From Octopus bimaculoides (Eukaryota), in the NCBI RefSeq assembly GCF_001194135.2, contig NC_068990.1:11763958-11827957 (forward strand): a stretch of 64,000 bases of DNA, written 5' to 3'. The notes under the pieces were generated by a model, which had not been told where the DNA came from, did no database searches, and saw nothing but the letters and a program-made list of their open reading frames with translations. Below are positions 39,813 through 52,365 of this stretch, in pieces (position 1 is the first letter of the stretch; each line of letters begins with the position of its first letter). The position numbers and the translations under genes are program-made.

Positions 39813-41050
39813 GTCAGTAGTCTTATTTTTAACCTGTGCTTTCACTGCACTACTGAGCACAGCTCTGGGTGCCTTGGGTATGTGCTGTGGTTTGTTGTGA
39901 TCCTCTTATTTTTACTGTACTGAAAGTGTTTTACATAGGATGTGTGCAGTGCCTAGTAGTGCTATTTTTTGGATGTTATTTATACTTGTCAATCTTGGTG
40001 TTTTTCATATTTATTTGTCTGAAATTTTTTTATCATACCTAAAGCACCTTCTATGACAGGAATTGTTTCTGTTTTTAGACTCCTCATTCGAGTTACCTCT
40101 ATTTCGAGGTCTTTGTATTTTGAAATTTTCTCTGTTTCTTTTAGAGAAACGTTGTCAGATTTTGGGTGGTGCATCCAAAACCCTGTTGTTATTTTTCTTG
40201 CTTTCCTGTCTATTGTCATTAGTTCATTTAAAGTCCAGTTAAGGATATTGCAGCTGTAACTTATAACTGGGACGGCTAGAGTGTCGATACCAATCACCTT
40301 GTTCTTCACATTGAGCTCTGTTTACAGTTTTAATCTAACTCATCTATAGTATTCTTTCTTTTATTTTCTTTTACATTTTTAGCACCCACTACACTCTCTG
40401 AGTGGTTGGCGTTAGGAAGGGCATCCAGCTGTAGAAACTCTGCCAAATCAGACTGGAGCCTGGTGTTGCCATCCGGTTTCACCAGTCCTCAGTCAAATCG
40501 TCCAACCCATGCTAGCATGGAAAGTGGACGTTAAACGATGATGATGATGATGATGATTTCTGTATGTTGTATTGTATCTAGTTCATTGATTCCTAAGTCT
40601 TTGAATGTCTGTCTATGGTTTAATTCATTTATTTCCTTTGATTTATCTAGTGTGACATTGCTACTCTTAACAAGCTTTCATCTTTTCAAAGTTGTTTTGG
40701 CACATTTTCCTAAGTCAAATTTCATGTTTATTTCTTTGGTAAATCCATGTACTATCTGTAGTAGTGTTTCCAGCTGTTTATCATTTGTAGCATACAGTTT
40801 TAGATCATCCATATATAAGAGGTGGCTGATTGTTTTGCTGTAACAGTTGTATCCACACCCAGTTCTGTTTAGCATATCAGATAACGGTGTCAGTACAAAG
40901 CAGAAAAGGAGTGGAGAGAGTGTGTCTCCCTGGAATATTCCTCTTCTAATGGGGATAGCTCTGGTTTTTATGAGTCCCTCTTTTGTCTGGAACTGTAACA
41001 TTGTCTACCATTTATTCATGGAATATTTTATATATTCTATGATTACTGGT
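39790..41050 (-). mobile_element. Internally deleted R4/Dong-like LINE (RT plus REL end) with nested SINE
   Basis: IRRGIFQGDTLSPLLF..SHLLYMDDLKLYA (RT domains 4-5); NKVIGIDTLAVPVISYS; KETEKISKYKDLEIEV..IPVIEGALG; KIALLGTAHIL; 3' (TAA)n at about 39780. Confidence 0.9.
40380..40557 (+). mobile_element. Family C nested in the Dong-like LINE
   Basis: Interrupts the minus-strand LINE reading ..DTIQHTE / ..KEYY.. Confidence 0.9.
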
Positions 41051-41080
41051 GCTACCTTGTTGATATATATACATATATAT

Positions 41081-41801
41081 AAAATTTAAATAATGAGGGT
41101 GATAAATTGAATGTTAATTTGATTAACATCAATTTAAAACTAATGGCCTAGCGTATAGAAAAATCTGAAAATTCAGAAAAATTGTATTACATACGTATAA
41201 GAGGGGATGACCACTAAGTGGACATCTGTAGGTGATCTATTTCTAGCAAAATGGATGTCCACTTAGTGGTCATCCCTTCTTATACATATGTAATACAATT
41301 TTTCTGAATTTTCAGATTTTTCTATATGCAAGGCCACTGGTTTTAAATTGATGTTAATCAAATTAATATTCAATTTATCACCCTCGTTATTTAAATTTTA
41401 AATAATTATGTTCTCTAACCGGCAACATTCACTGCAATGAATTATCTTCTGCAGAACTGTTTCCAGTATTTAGCGCTAGAACGAAGACATTTGAAAAATA
41501 ACTCCAATGTAATTGGTAGGACTAGATGCATGTCTGAGGACAACTCGTGTATAGTTCTGCAATTTATATTAAATTAGAACGGTCGTACTGATGAGCCACA
41601 GACGTTTACGTAAGTAGTTTTGGTTAATTGCTAAACCAGTCTACAATTAATTCTTTATTTTGTATCTTTTCATTTGTCTTGCTCGCTTATGTTATGGTGT
41701 TTGTTGAATTTCTCTTGAGAACAATCTTTTCTTTGTGGTCAGATCATAAGCGATCTATTTCTAGTATAATGGATGCCCACTTAGTGGTCATCCCTTCTTA
41801 T

Positions 41802-41804
<3 letters not shown>
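41081..41804. mobile_element. Palindrome plus terminal direct repeat, probable Penelope-like pseudo-LTR remnant
   Basis: Inverted arms 41081-41226 and 41254-41399; direct repeat 41234-41286 vs 41752-41804; decayed CTGATGA motif at 41588. Confidence 0.55.
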
Positions 41805-41866
<62 letters not shown>

Positions 41867-42519
41867 CACATTCAGTGAACTTGCTAGCCACCTTATTACT
41901 TTATTAATACTATTAATAATGGCAATAATTCTTCTTTATTTATATATACATGTATACACACGCACACACATACGACAAGTTTTGTACAGTTTCTATCAAC
42001 TAGATTCACACCGATTGGCCTTGCGCTATATTAGAAGACATGCCCAAGGTGTCACACAGTGGAGCTGAACTTGAAACCACGTGATTACGAAGTAAACTTT
42101 TTAACTTCACAGCCAGCCTCTCTCTCTCTCCACATATAGTCATGTCTACACCCTAACACATCCATGCCTACAGCTCCTGTTGTTAATATTGTTGCTGATA
42201 TTTTTATTGATGTTTGTTCTAATCACATCAGTGTATCCATATCCATATATGTGTTTCTGGCTATAATTTTTTTGTTTTGTTTGAGTTAAGTTTCTTTGTT
42301 TCGCTTAACATTTTTTTTAATGCTTTTAGAAAGGAAAAAAAGAAATGAAAAAGAAAAACACTGTTTTGTTTGTTTTTGTATTGTTTCTCCTTTTTTTTTT
42401 TGTTACTTGCTTTGTTTGTCTGTTGTTTCATTTTGTCTTGATAACATTGTGCATTAACCGTATTTATTCCGATAACATCGAGCATTCTAACTCCTGCTGG
42501 TGATATCAGTTATCATCAC

Positions 42520-43535
42520 TGAAGCGAGCTTTGATGCTGCTACCACTGATGATGACAATGATGATGATGATACTGATGATGACAACTACAATGGTAGCGG
42601 TGGGGTGGGGTGATACTGAGGAGGAGAAGGAGGAGGCGGTGGAGAATGAAGATGATAATGTTGATGACTATGATGATGGTCATGGTGGTAGTGGGGATGA
42701 CAAGACCGATGACGATGACGATGATGATGATGATGACAACTACAATGGTAGTGGTGGTGGTGGTGGTGGTAGTAGGGTGATAATGATGATGAGGAGGAGG
42801 GAGAGGAAGGAGGAGGAGGTGGAGAATGAAGATGATAATGTCGATGATAACAATAATGATGATGACTATGATGATGGTCATGGTGGTAGTGGTGATGACG
42901 AGACCGATGACGATGACGATGACGATGATGATGACGATGATGACGATGACGATAGTGACAACGATGATAATGATGATGATGCTAATGATGATGATGCTAA
43001 TGATGATGATGCTAATGATGATGATGATGATGACAACAGCAGCAACCAACAATGACAACAATGGTGACGATGACAACAACAAGAATGATGATGATTAAAA
43101 CTGAAAGAGGATTAACAGAGCTGATTAGGAGAGTAAAATGAAATCTGAGAAAAATGATGTCGAGAATGATGATGATGATGTTGATGACGATGATGATGAC
43201 GATGACGATGACAACAATAACAATAACAGCTAAGAGGAAGAGGATGAAGAGAACGTCTGTGTCAGAAGTTGTGACGGCATCGGAACTGATATCAGCCTCT
43301 CGATAACGATGACGGCTGTAGTAGTAGTAGTAGTAGTAGTAGTAGCAGCAGCAGCAACGATTGTGGTGGTAGTAGTAGCTGTAGTAGTAGTAGTAGTAGT
43401 AGTAGTAGTAATAGTAGTAGTAATAGTAGTAGTAATAGTAGTAGTAGCGGCAGCAGCAGTAGTAGTAGCAGCAGCGATTTTGGTGGTAGTGGTGGTGGTG
43501 GTGGTGGTTGTAGTGGTTGTGGTGGTGGTGGTGGA

Positions 43536-43584
<49 letters not shown>

Positions 43585-44400
43585 ATAGTAGTAGTAGTAG
43601 TAGTACGACTACAACCAATAATTAACAGTAATTATGATAGGGGTAAGAATCCAAGACAATTTAGACACTGATGTAAATGATAATAATCGAATTAATATCA
43701 TTAATAATAATAATAATAACAATAATTATAATAGCGATGGATGAAGGCAGTGTAGGTGATAAGATTAATTATAATTATAATGAGGAGACAAAGTTAATGA
43801 TGCTGACAATGATGATGATGAGGTTGATCATCATCATCATCATAATCCTGATGACGCTGACACCGACGATAATGTTGATGGTAATGATGATGATGATGAT
43901 GGTGCCGGTAGCATCGTCAGCGGCGGTGTTGATGATGATGGTGATGATAATGGTAGTGGTGCTGTTGCTGGTGGCGTCGTCGGTGGCAATGTTGATGATG
44001 ATGATGATGATGATGACGATGATGATGATGATGGTGATGATGATGTTGAGGATGATGCTGATGACGATGCTGATGACGATGATGGTGGTGCTGGTGGTGG
44101 TGCTGGTGGCGTCGTCGGTGGCGATGTTGATGATGATGGTGATGATGATGATGGTGATAATTACTGATGATGACAACGACAGCAACAACAACAACAACAA
44201 CGATGACGCTGATGATGATTCTGATGATGATGATGATGACGATGATGGTGATGATGATGATGTTGATGTTTAGGATGATTCTGATGATAATGGTGGTGGT
44301 GGTGATTATATTGGTAATGAAAATGGGAACATAACACATTGTGAATTGTGATATTTTGATCAAGGTAACAACAAGAACAACAACAACAACAACAGAATGA
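42520..44400. repeat. Large compound trinucleotide microsatellite field (GAT/GAC/GGT/GTA/AAT)
   Basis: Directly visible; source of many spurious low-complexity ORFs. Confidence 0.95.
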
Positions 44401-45009
44401 CAATGAGTATGCTGTCATTGTCATTGATCAGGATAAGAATGTTTAGTGAATGTTCGAAACAATGTTCGTTAGTTTATTTGCTTTAGATTTTGTTTTGTTT
44501 TTTGTGTTTTTACGGTTTATTTTTTTTATATTTGTTTTTATTGTTTTCATTTTTTTTTATCGTTATGATGAAAGTACACTCAACATGAATGCTAAAAGCT
44601 ATATCGTCTTAAAGAAAGCAACCGGTGGAAGTCTTAAGCGCTGGTATGCAGATCATTAAGTACAGCGCAACCTCACTCACCCACTTTCTCATCCATATCC
44701 ATCCACCACTGCAACAAAAAAAAAAAGAAAAGAAAACAATAACATCGACGCCACCAGCACCACCACCATCACCGCCACCACCACCACCACCACCACCAGC
44801 ACCACCACCACCAGCACCACCACCACCAGAACCACCACCACCAATAAAAAATGTTGGTTGTAAACAAAGCAGGAAGCACTAGAGATTTCCAGAAGATGTT
44901 GAAACACTGTAAAATGAAATTCTTTTAGTATTTATTTACTGAAGGTTCAAAAGACATGTTAACTGGATTTTTGAAACAGCTACGCACACTTGCAAAAAGC
45001 CCTTGAGAT

Positions 45010-45040
<31 letters not shown>

Positions 45041-45132
45041 CAAAGTGGGAGACAAAGAGGGAGATAAAGAGAAAGTATGGGAGAATGTGCATGCATGAAT
45101 GCACATGTGTAAGTGCCAATATGTGTTTGCTG

Positions 45133-45655
45133 TTAAGGTGGCAAGCTGGTAGAAATGTTAGCATGCAGGCTGCGAGCTGGCAGAATTGTTAGCACGCCGA
45201 GCAAAATGCTTAGTGGTATTTCATCTGCCGTTACGTTCTGAGTTCAAATTCCGCCAAGGTTGACTTTGCCTTTCATCCTTTCAGGGTCGATAAATTAAGT
45301 ACCAGTTACACACTGGAGTCGATGTAATCGACTTAATCCCTTTGTCTGTCTTTGTTTGTCTCCTCTATGTTTAGCCCCTTATGGGCAATAAAGAAATAAG
45401 AAACATTAGCAGGCCGGGCTTTCGTCTGTCTTTACGTTCTGAGTTCAAATTCCACCGAGGTTGACTTTGCCTTTCATCCTTTTGGGGTCGATAAATTAAG
45501 TACCAGTAATGCACTAGGGCCAATGTAATCGACTTAATCCCTTTGTTTGTCCCCTCTATGTCTAGCCCCTTGTGGGCAATAAATAAATAAGAAATGTTAG
45601 CATGCAAAATGCTTAACGGTATTTCGTCTGTCTTTACCTTCTGAGTTCAAATTCT
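45133..45655 (+). repeat. Head-to-tail array of SINE family A units
   Basis: Units joined tail (AATAAAGAAATAA) to internal head site (GAAACATTAGCA / GAAATGTTAGCA). Confidence 0.9.
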
Positions 45656-45799
45656 GCATATAATATATGTGGGTATATATTAATGGGGCATGGTCAATTG
45701 GTTAAGAACTTCACTTCACAATCACGAGGTCCTAGGTTTTATCCCACTGTGAGGCAGCTTGGTCAAATATCTTTAAACAAACCTTCAAGCATGGTGGTG

Positions 45800-46535
45800 T
45801 GCTAGCAGAACCGTTAGGGTAAAGACTCCCTTCGGTCATGAACGACCATGGGATTGTAACTAGAAAATTCTCCTCCAAGGCACAAGTCCGGGCAAGGTTG
45901 TTTATGGAAGACCAACAGTCGCCCATGCATACCAGCCTCTCCTCTACATGCCGCTGGTGTTGTCCAAGGGAAAGGCAAAGGCCGATACAACTTGGTACCA
46001 GTGAGATCACAATTCATTTCTACAGCTGAGTGAACTGGAGCAATGTGAAATAAAGTGTCTTGCTCTTTTATTCTTTTACTTGTTTCAGTCATCTGACTGT
46101 GGCCATGCTGGAGCACCACCTTTAGTCGAGCAAATCGACCCCAGAACTTATTCTTTGTAAGCCTAGTACTTATTCTATCGGTCTATTTTGCCAAACCGCT
46201 ACATTACGGGGATATAAACACACGAACATCGGTTGTCAAGCGATGTTGGGGGGACAAACACAAGCACACAAACATATACACACACATACAAATATACGAC
46301 GGGCTTCTTTCAGTTTCCATCTACCAAATTCACTCGCAAGGCTTTGGTCAGCCCAAGGCTATAGTAGAAGACACTTGCCCAAGGTGCCACGCAATGGGAC
46401 TGAACCCGGAACCATGTGGTTGATAAGCAAGCTACTCAACACACAGCCACTCCTTGCTCAAGAACACAACACACAGCCCAGTCCGGGAATTGAACTCACT
46501 ACTACTGTGAGCCCGATGCTCTAACTACTGACACC
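45800..46535 (-). mobile_element. tRNA-headed SINE (family D) split by the family-B copy; partial copy at 17885-17985
   Basis: GAGTTCAATTCCCGGACTGGGC..GTGTTCTTGAGCAAG|ACACTTTATTTCACATTGCTCCAGTTCACTCAGCTG. Confidence 0.75.
46066..46452 (-). mobile_element. SINE family B nested in another SINE, 7-bp TSD
   Basis: CTTGCTC at 46059-46065 and 46453-46459. Confidence 0.9.
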
Positions 46536-46717
46536 AGATAAAATGCTTTGTAGCATTTCATCTAGCTTTACACACTGAGTTCAAAATCGGCCAAGTTTGA
46601 ACTTAGCTTTTCATCCCTTTGGGGTCAACAACATAAATACCAATTGAGCATTGAAGTCATTGTAATTGACTTACCCCTCCCCACAAAATTGCTGGCTTTG
46701 TACCAAAATTTGAAACC
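46535..46717 (+). mobile_element. SINE family A, diverged
   Basis: CTGAGTTCAAAATC..TAATTGACTTACCCCTCCCCACAAAATTGCTGG. Confidence 0.7.
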
Positions 46718-47364
46718 AATATACCTGTGTGAAACCAATATAATGGTGGTGGTGATGGTGGCGGCGGCGGCGGCAGCGGTGGTGATGATGATGATGATGA
46801 TGATGATGGTGGTAGTGGTGGTGGTGGCGGCGGTGATGATGATGATGACGATGACGAGGATGATGATGGTGGTGGTGGTGGTGGTGATGGAAAACTGAGT
46901 ATAGATGTACCCACGAAGGTTGTGTACACACTTACAATACACCGTGCTGCTAAACAAAAATGAAAAAAAAACATATCCTTCATTTCTAACCTTAAAGAAA
47001 GATGAAGTTCTTCCTGTTTGACTGCTCTTCTTCATAAGACTGCTAAATGTGGGCTGACTTATTGTTAAACAACTAAAATAACAAAATTACAATTCCTACC
47101 TCCTTAATCAAAAACTCTAACACTAAACATACTTAGGCAACGACATTGCTGTCACAGAGTAAAGATTTATAAATGTATGTCTCTCTTAATATCTTCCATA
47201 GCAGTATCTTAACGATATCTTCTGAGTAGAGAGAAGATAGAGTGACAGAAGAAGACAGAACAAGACAAGACTGGAATTAAATACAATGAGAGAAAAAGAC
47301 TGTTGCAACACAATATGTACCAGATGAGAATACAGGCTAATACTGAAGTTAGTTTTTTTTTTTT

Positions 47365-47683
47365 AGCCCTTGGTCGGCCCTGATCTGCCACACATATCAC
47401 GAAAGACGTTCCAGTTATGATGATTATAATACATCCCACATTAAGCTCCAAATTCTCAATTGTGCTCCCTTAGCCCTTGGTGAGCCCTGATCTGCCACAC
47501 ATATCATGCAAGATGCTCCAGTTATGATGATTATAATACTTCCATCATTAAGCTCCAAATTCTCAAGTGTGTTCCCTTAGCCCTTGGTCAGCTTTGATTT
47601 GCCACACATATCATGAAAGATGTTCCAGTTATGATGATTATAACACATCCCTCATTAAGCTCCAAATTCCCAAGTTTGCTCCC
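47365..47683. repeat. 107-bp tandem repeat, 3 copies
   Basis: AGCCCTTGGT starts at 47365, 47472 and 47579. Confidence 0.9.
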
Positions 47684-47924
47684 AAATTTTGCTTTTCTGA
47701 CCCTCAAGTTCAGTCACATCACACACCAAATATACTCCACTTGTCCCACTTCAATCACCAGAAAGTTACAATACAGGATTTCATTATCCAAGATACACAT
47801 TTCTTTTTATATTTAATAGAGTCATGACTGATTTGAGGGGAATTTAACTGCTATTGCTAGTAAATTGAACCATATCGTTGTGGCTTTAGTAGTTATCATG
47901 TGATCTCAGTAATAAGCAGAATGA

Positions 47925-48140
47925 TTAAAGACAGATGTGACTGTGTGTTAAGATGTTTGTTTCCCTACCACATGGTTCCAGGCTCAGACCAACTGGGTGG
48001 CACCTTGGGCAAATTTCTTCTACTACAGCCTTGGGCTGACCAAAGCCTTGTAAGTGGATTCCATACAAGGAAACAGAAAAAAAACCATTGTGTGCATGTG
48101 TGTGTGTATGTGTGAGTATGTTTGTATATGGTTTTACTAT
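47925..48140 (+). mobile_element. SINE family B, 5' part
   Basis: CCACATGGTTCCAGGCTCAG..CACCTTGGGCAAAT. Confidence 0.75.
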
Positions 48141-48154
48141 ACATATGTATATAG

Positions 48155-48269
48155 ATGTCTGGCAACAGGACTCTGCACCATGCCACACAAGCAGGAGAAC
48201 CCAGTCATGGCTGTCAGACAATTTCTGCAACTACATCACCCCTAACATCTGTCCAATTAACACCCCAGA
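48155..48269 (+). mobile_element. Duplicate fragment of the DD37D transposase
   Basis: Near-identical to 49911-50025. Confidence 0.85.
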
Positions 48270-49201
48270 GTCAAATTTATTGAAAAGGTTGCAAGACACA
48301 GTGAAGATTTTAGAAAAATAAAAAAGAAATAAGTGGAAGTTTTATCTGTGAGCGTGTTAAATTATAAGGCACCAAAAGAGAATGACTTTCCCCAGACACA
48401 ACAGAATATGCTTCAACACACGAACTCACATAAAGAATCTTGCAAACCAAATCCCAAAATGGAATATATATATATATATATANNNNNNNNNNNNNNNNNN
48501 NNNNNNNNNNNNNNNNNNNNNNNNNNNNNNNNNNNNNNNNNNNNNNNNNNNNNNNNNNNNNNNNNNNNNNNNNNNNNNNNNNNNNNNNNNNNNNNNNNNN
48601 NNNNNNNNNNNNNNNNNNNNNNNNNNNNNNNNNNNNNNNNNNNNNNNNNNNNNNNNNNNNNNNNNNNNNNNNNNNNNNNNNNNNNNNNNNNNNNNNNNNN
48701 NNNNNNNNNNNNNNNNNNNNNNNNNNNNNNNNNNNNNNNNNNNNNNNNNNNNNNNNNNNNNNNNNNNNNNNNNNNNNNNNNNNNNNNNNNNNNNNNNNNN
48801 NNNNNNNNNNNNNNNNNNNNNNNNNNNNNNNNNNNNNNNNNNNNNNNNNNNNNNNNNNNNNNNNNNNNNNNNNNNNNNNNNNNNNNNNNNNNNNNNNNNN
48901 NNNNNNNNNNNNNNNNNNNNNNNNNNNNNNNNNNNNNNNNNNNNNNNNNNNNNNNNNNNNNNNNNNNNNNNNNNNNNNNNNNNNNNNNNNNNNNNNNNNN
49001 NNNNNNNNNNNNNNNNNNNNNNNNNNNNNNNNNNNNNNNNNNNNNNNNNNNNNNNNNNNNNNNNNNNNNNNNNNNNNNNNNNNNNNNNNNNNNNNNNNNN
49101 NNNNNNNNNNNNNNNNNNNNNNNNNNNNNNNNNNNNNNNNNNNNNNNNNNNNNNNNNNNNNNNNNNNNNNNNNNNNNNNNNNNNNNNNNNNNNNNNNNNN
49201 N

Positions 49202-49442
49202 GTGCGGGTGGCACATAAAAGACACCATTTCGAGCGTGGCCGTTTTCGTGCGGGTGACACGTAAAAGCACCCACTACACTCTCTGAGTGGTTGGCGTTAG
49301 GAAGGGCATCCAGCTGTAGAAACTCTGCCAAATCAGACTGGAGCCTGGTGTTGCCATCCGGTTTCACCAGTCCTCAGTCAAATCGTCCAACCCATGCTAG
49401 CATGGAAAGCGGACGTTAAACGATGATGATGATGATGATGAT
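49202..49442 (+). mobile_element. Family C, young copy
   Basis: One mismatch to 40381-40536 over 156 bp. Confidence 0.9.
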
Positions 49443-49461
49443 ATATATATATATATATATA

Positions 49462-50348
49462 CAGGGTGCGATGGGTAAATTGTTGCCATTTTATATTTCT
49501 AATTTTACACATGTACATTGCTTGTTTTGGATTTTGTCAACTGCACAGTATAATAGGGTCAGTTAGTCACTGTATGTGAGAAGAACAGTACCAAGATGCA
49601 ATTCACTCTGCCAGAAATATGGAAACAACATACTCTGCTGCTTGGCATTTGCACTGGAAGCTCCAATATGAAAATTTCAGAGTGTTTGGGTGCCAATCTC
49701 AGGACAATGCAATTTGAGGACATGTACCAAGAGTGATAAAAATCAAATATCCTGTTAAGATTTTGGTGTTTAGAATAATCACTAGTGATGTTGACATTAT
49801 GCATCCATTCATCTTTCCACACAGCCTTAGACTCAACACAGAGGCCTACATCAAGTGCCTGGAGGTGGTAGTGCTGCCCTGGGTCAAGAGGGTGTCTGTT
49901 GGAAAACCTTATGTCTGGCAACAGGACTCTGCACCATGCCACACAAGCAGGAGAACCCAGTCGTGGCTGTCAGACAATTTCTGCAACCTCATCACACCTA
50001 ACATCTGTCCAATTAACACTCCAGACTGCAGCTCCCTTGATTATTATATGTGGGGTGCAGTTAAGCAAGAGACCAACAGAACTCTTTGTAACACCAAAGA
50101 TGAACTAAAGGCAAGGATTATGGCAGCATTCACCAACGCAAACAAGGAGACCGTGCAGAAGAGTTGCAGGAGATTCCAAAGTCATTTGGAGGCCATGGTT
50201 GAAGCCAATGGCGATTTTATTGAATAAATTTACTCTTTAGCATTTCAAGATATAATTATGGAATTTTAGCAAATATATCTGTTAAAATGAGATGTCAGTG
50301 TTATTTTCAATTTTGCATAATTTAGACAACAGTTTATTCACTGCACCA
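49462..50348 (+). mobile_element. Internally deleted Tc1/mariner transposon, DD37D (maT-like)
   Basis: TA-CAGGGTGCG left end; degenerate right TIR followed by TA; ORF 49733-50227 with WQQDSAPCH and PDCSSLDY, 37 residues between the 2nd and 3rd catalytic Asp. Confidence 0.85.
49733..50227 (+). pseudogene. Truncated maT-like transposase catalytic domain (164 aa, N-terminus missing)
   Basis: ORF track translation; DDD motifs and typical VEANGDFIE* C-terminus. Confidence 0.8.
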
Positions 50349-51844
50349 TATGTGTGTGTGTGTGTATGTGTGGGGGTGTGTGTGTGTTTACATGTGAATG
50401 TATTTATGTCTCCTGGTCTTGACATCACATGGTAATTGTAAATTAGTACGAATGTAATACAAACATTGTCATTCTTTTAAGATATTCTGCAAATATTTTT
50501 TGCAGAATGTTCTTGTAAGTATGCTGCAAGAACATGTCTGACTATGGGAGAATGTTTCTTTGCTTGGTGAGTGTTGGTGACAGGAAATGCATCCAAGCAT
50601 AGAAAAAAAGATCTGCCATAATAAACCCCAATTTGACCCATGCAAGAATGGAACAATAAATATTAAAAAGTGGTGACGCTGATCTAGTGCTCCAGATCTG
50701 TTTCTCCAGCCATTTATACGAGGATTACACAAAATATTTCAACATGTAGAAGATTATGGCATAAATAGGAGCAATTTTGCAGTAGGGTAATTTTTCTACT
50801 GTCCAGTTTGTCCTTGTATGCTTGATGTTGCTGCTGCTGCTGCAATTGTTGGTGTTGTTGTTGTTCATTAGCCCTATGTTATCCATGTTTGAGTAGACTT
50901 GTAATAAAAGGTATTAATGATTCTGTTTTTTTTATTTATCAGGGTTTAAATTGTACAATAAAGACTCTTTTATTTAAGAAAGTCTGTAATTTCAAACTAA
51001 AAATAACTTAGCAGTTATTTCTAGCAAAAAAGAAAAAAGCAACAACAAGAAACTTTTCCTGTTAGATTGATTTGTGTTGTGGTAAGCTTTTTAGGTGAGT
51101 AATCTTGACAGTTGTTGGTTGTCTGATCTTGTCTTTGATATTGTATACCAAGAAAAATGTTTGGTAAAAATAACATTATTAACGCTTCTGTTTATGTCTA
51201 TGAGCACTTTGTATTTTTTTTCCAACTGCATAACAGCAGTGTTTATAGAATATCGTTGTAACAATGTACTGTGTTCCTGTAGATATGTCTAAGTGTCTGA
51301 AGGTGATTTAACAGACTGTAGCAGAAACTGAGCAAATTAGACATTGATACAAATTCAAAATACACCTGTTACATACGCAACAGTTATATATTCAGTACTC
51401 ATTGTTGTTACTATCATTAGTATTATTATTAAATCTGAAACCATTATTATTATCGCTATTGTTTTACTTCTCAGACCACTGGGTCTCATTTGCTCTGCTT
51501 GATTCTGTGAGAGCAGACAGCAGCCTGTTGCCAGAGGTCTCATGGTGTCTCTTTCCACACGTTATAAGCTTTGATAATTGGCTGTTAATTATTGTGGAAG
51601 GCATTCAACACGCAAGAACCAATCTCAAAATCCAAGATCTCCCCACCAGAGCAGCTTTTGGTTTTGCTCTGCTCTTATGTCAATACCAATTTCTCCGACA
51701 CATTTCTCAAACTTAATTGTTAGTTCTCCTTTCTGTGATATATTTCTCAAACTTTGTCGTTAGTGTTCCAATTATTATTATTATTTATGTCTGTTGTCCC
51801 CCTCATCCTTTGCCATTGTGGTAAATAAATGCATAAATGAAATC

Positions 51845-52365
51845 ATCATCATCATTATTATTATTATTATATTGTTTTTTTCTTCTGTCTTCAAATTTTC
51901 GTCCATTTTTCGCCGAGTGTTTTCCCTATTCCTAGGGCAGAGAAGCTCATTGTATGCATTCCCAGTTTACACACACAAATTCACAGGCAAAATGTGTATT
52001 TAAAAAAAAATTAATAAATAAATAAATTCATGAATGGATGTTGTTTTCACAGAGATAATGTTCTTCTCAGTACATGAGTCGTTCCAGTGAACACAAATTT
52101 TTGCACTTCCTGTAGGGATGGTAAGCCTGGTATCATTTTCAAATAGGTTTCAGTACCTTTTTTTTAATCAGTCCTAGAGATCCTACAATCACTGGTAGGG
52201 TAGTCGCCTTGAGATGCCACATTTTTTTCAATTTCTATTAGCAAGTCTTTATATTTACTGATCTTGTCAAATTCTTTCGCTGCTATATTGTGATCGCAAG
52301 GAATACTCATGTCAATTAATAAACACATCTTTTTTGTCTGATCTTTTATAATACTATCCAGTTTA
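51845..52365 (-). mobile_element. R4/Dong-like LINE 3' fragment embedded in (TAA)n
   Basis: KMCLLIDMSIPCDHNIAAKEFDKISKYKDLLIEIEK, then after a frameshift WHLKATTLPVIVGSLG..QEVQKFVFTGTTHVLRRTLSL*; TAA/TGA-type repeats on both sides. Confidence 0.85.

Noticed and set aside
42531-43055. 174-aa Asp/Glu-rich ORF resembling an acidic biomineral protein
   Set aside because: Lies wholly within a GAT/GAC microsatellite field; no signal peptide or splice context, and other frames are equally open.
47365-47683. Regularly spaced repeats as a CRISPR array
   Set aside because: Whole-unit tandem duplication without unique spacers, no cas genes, eukaryotic context.
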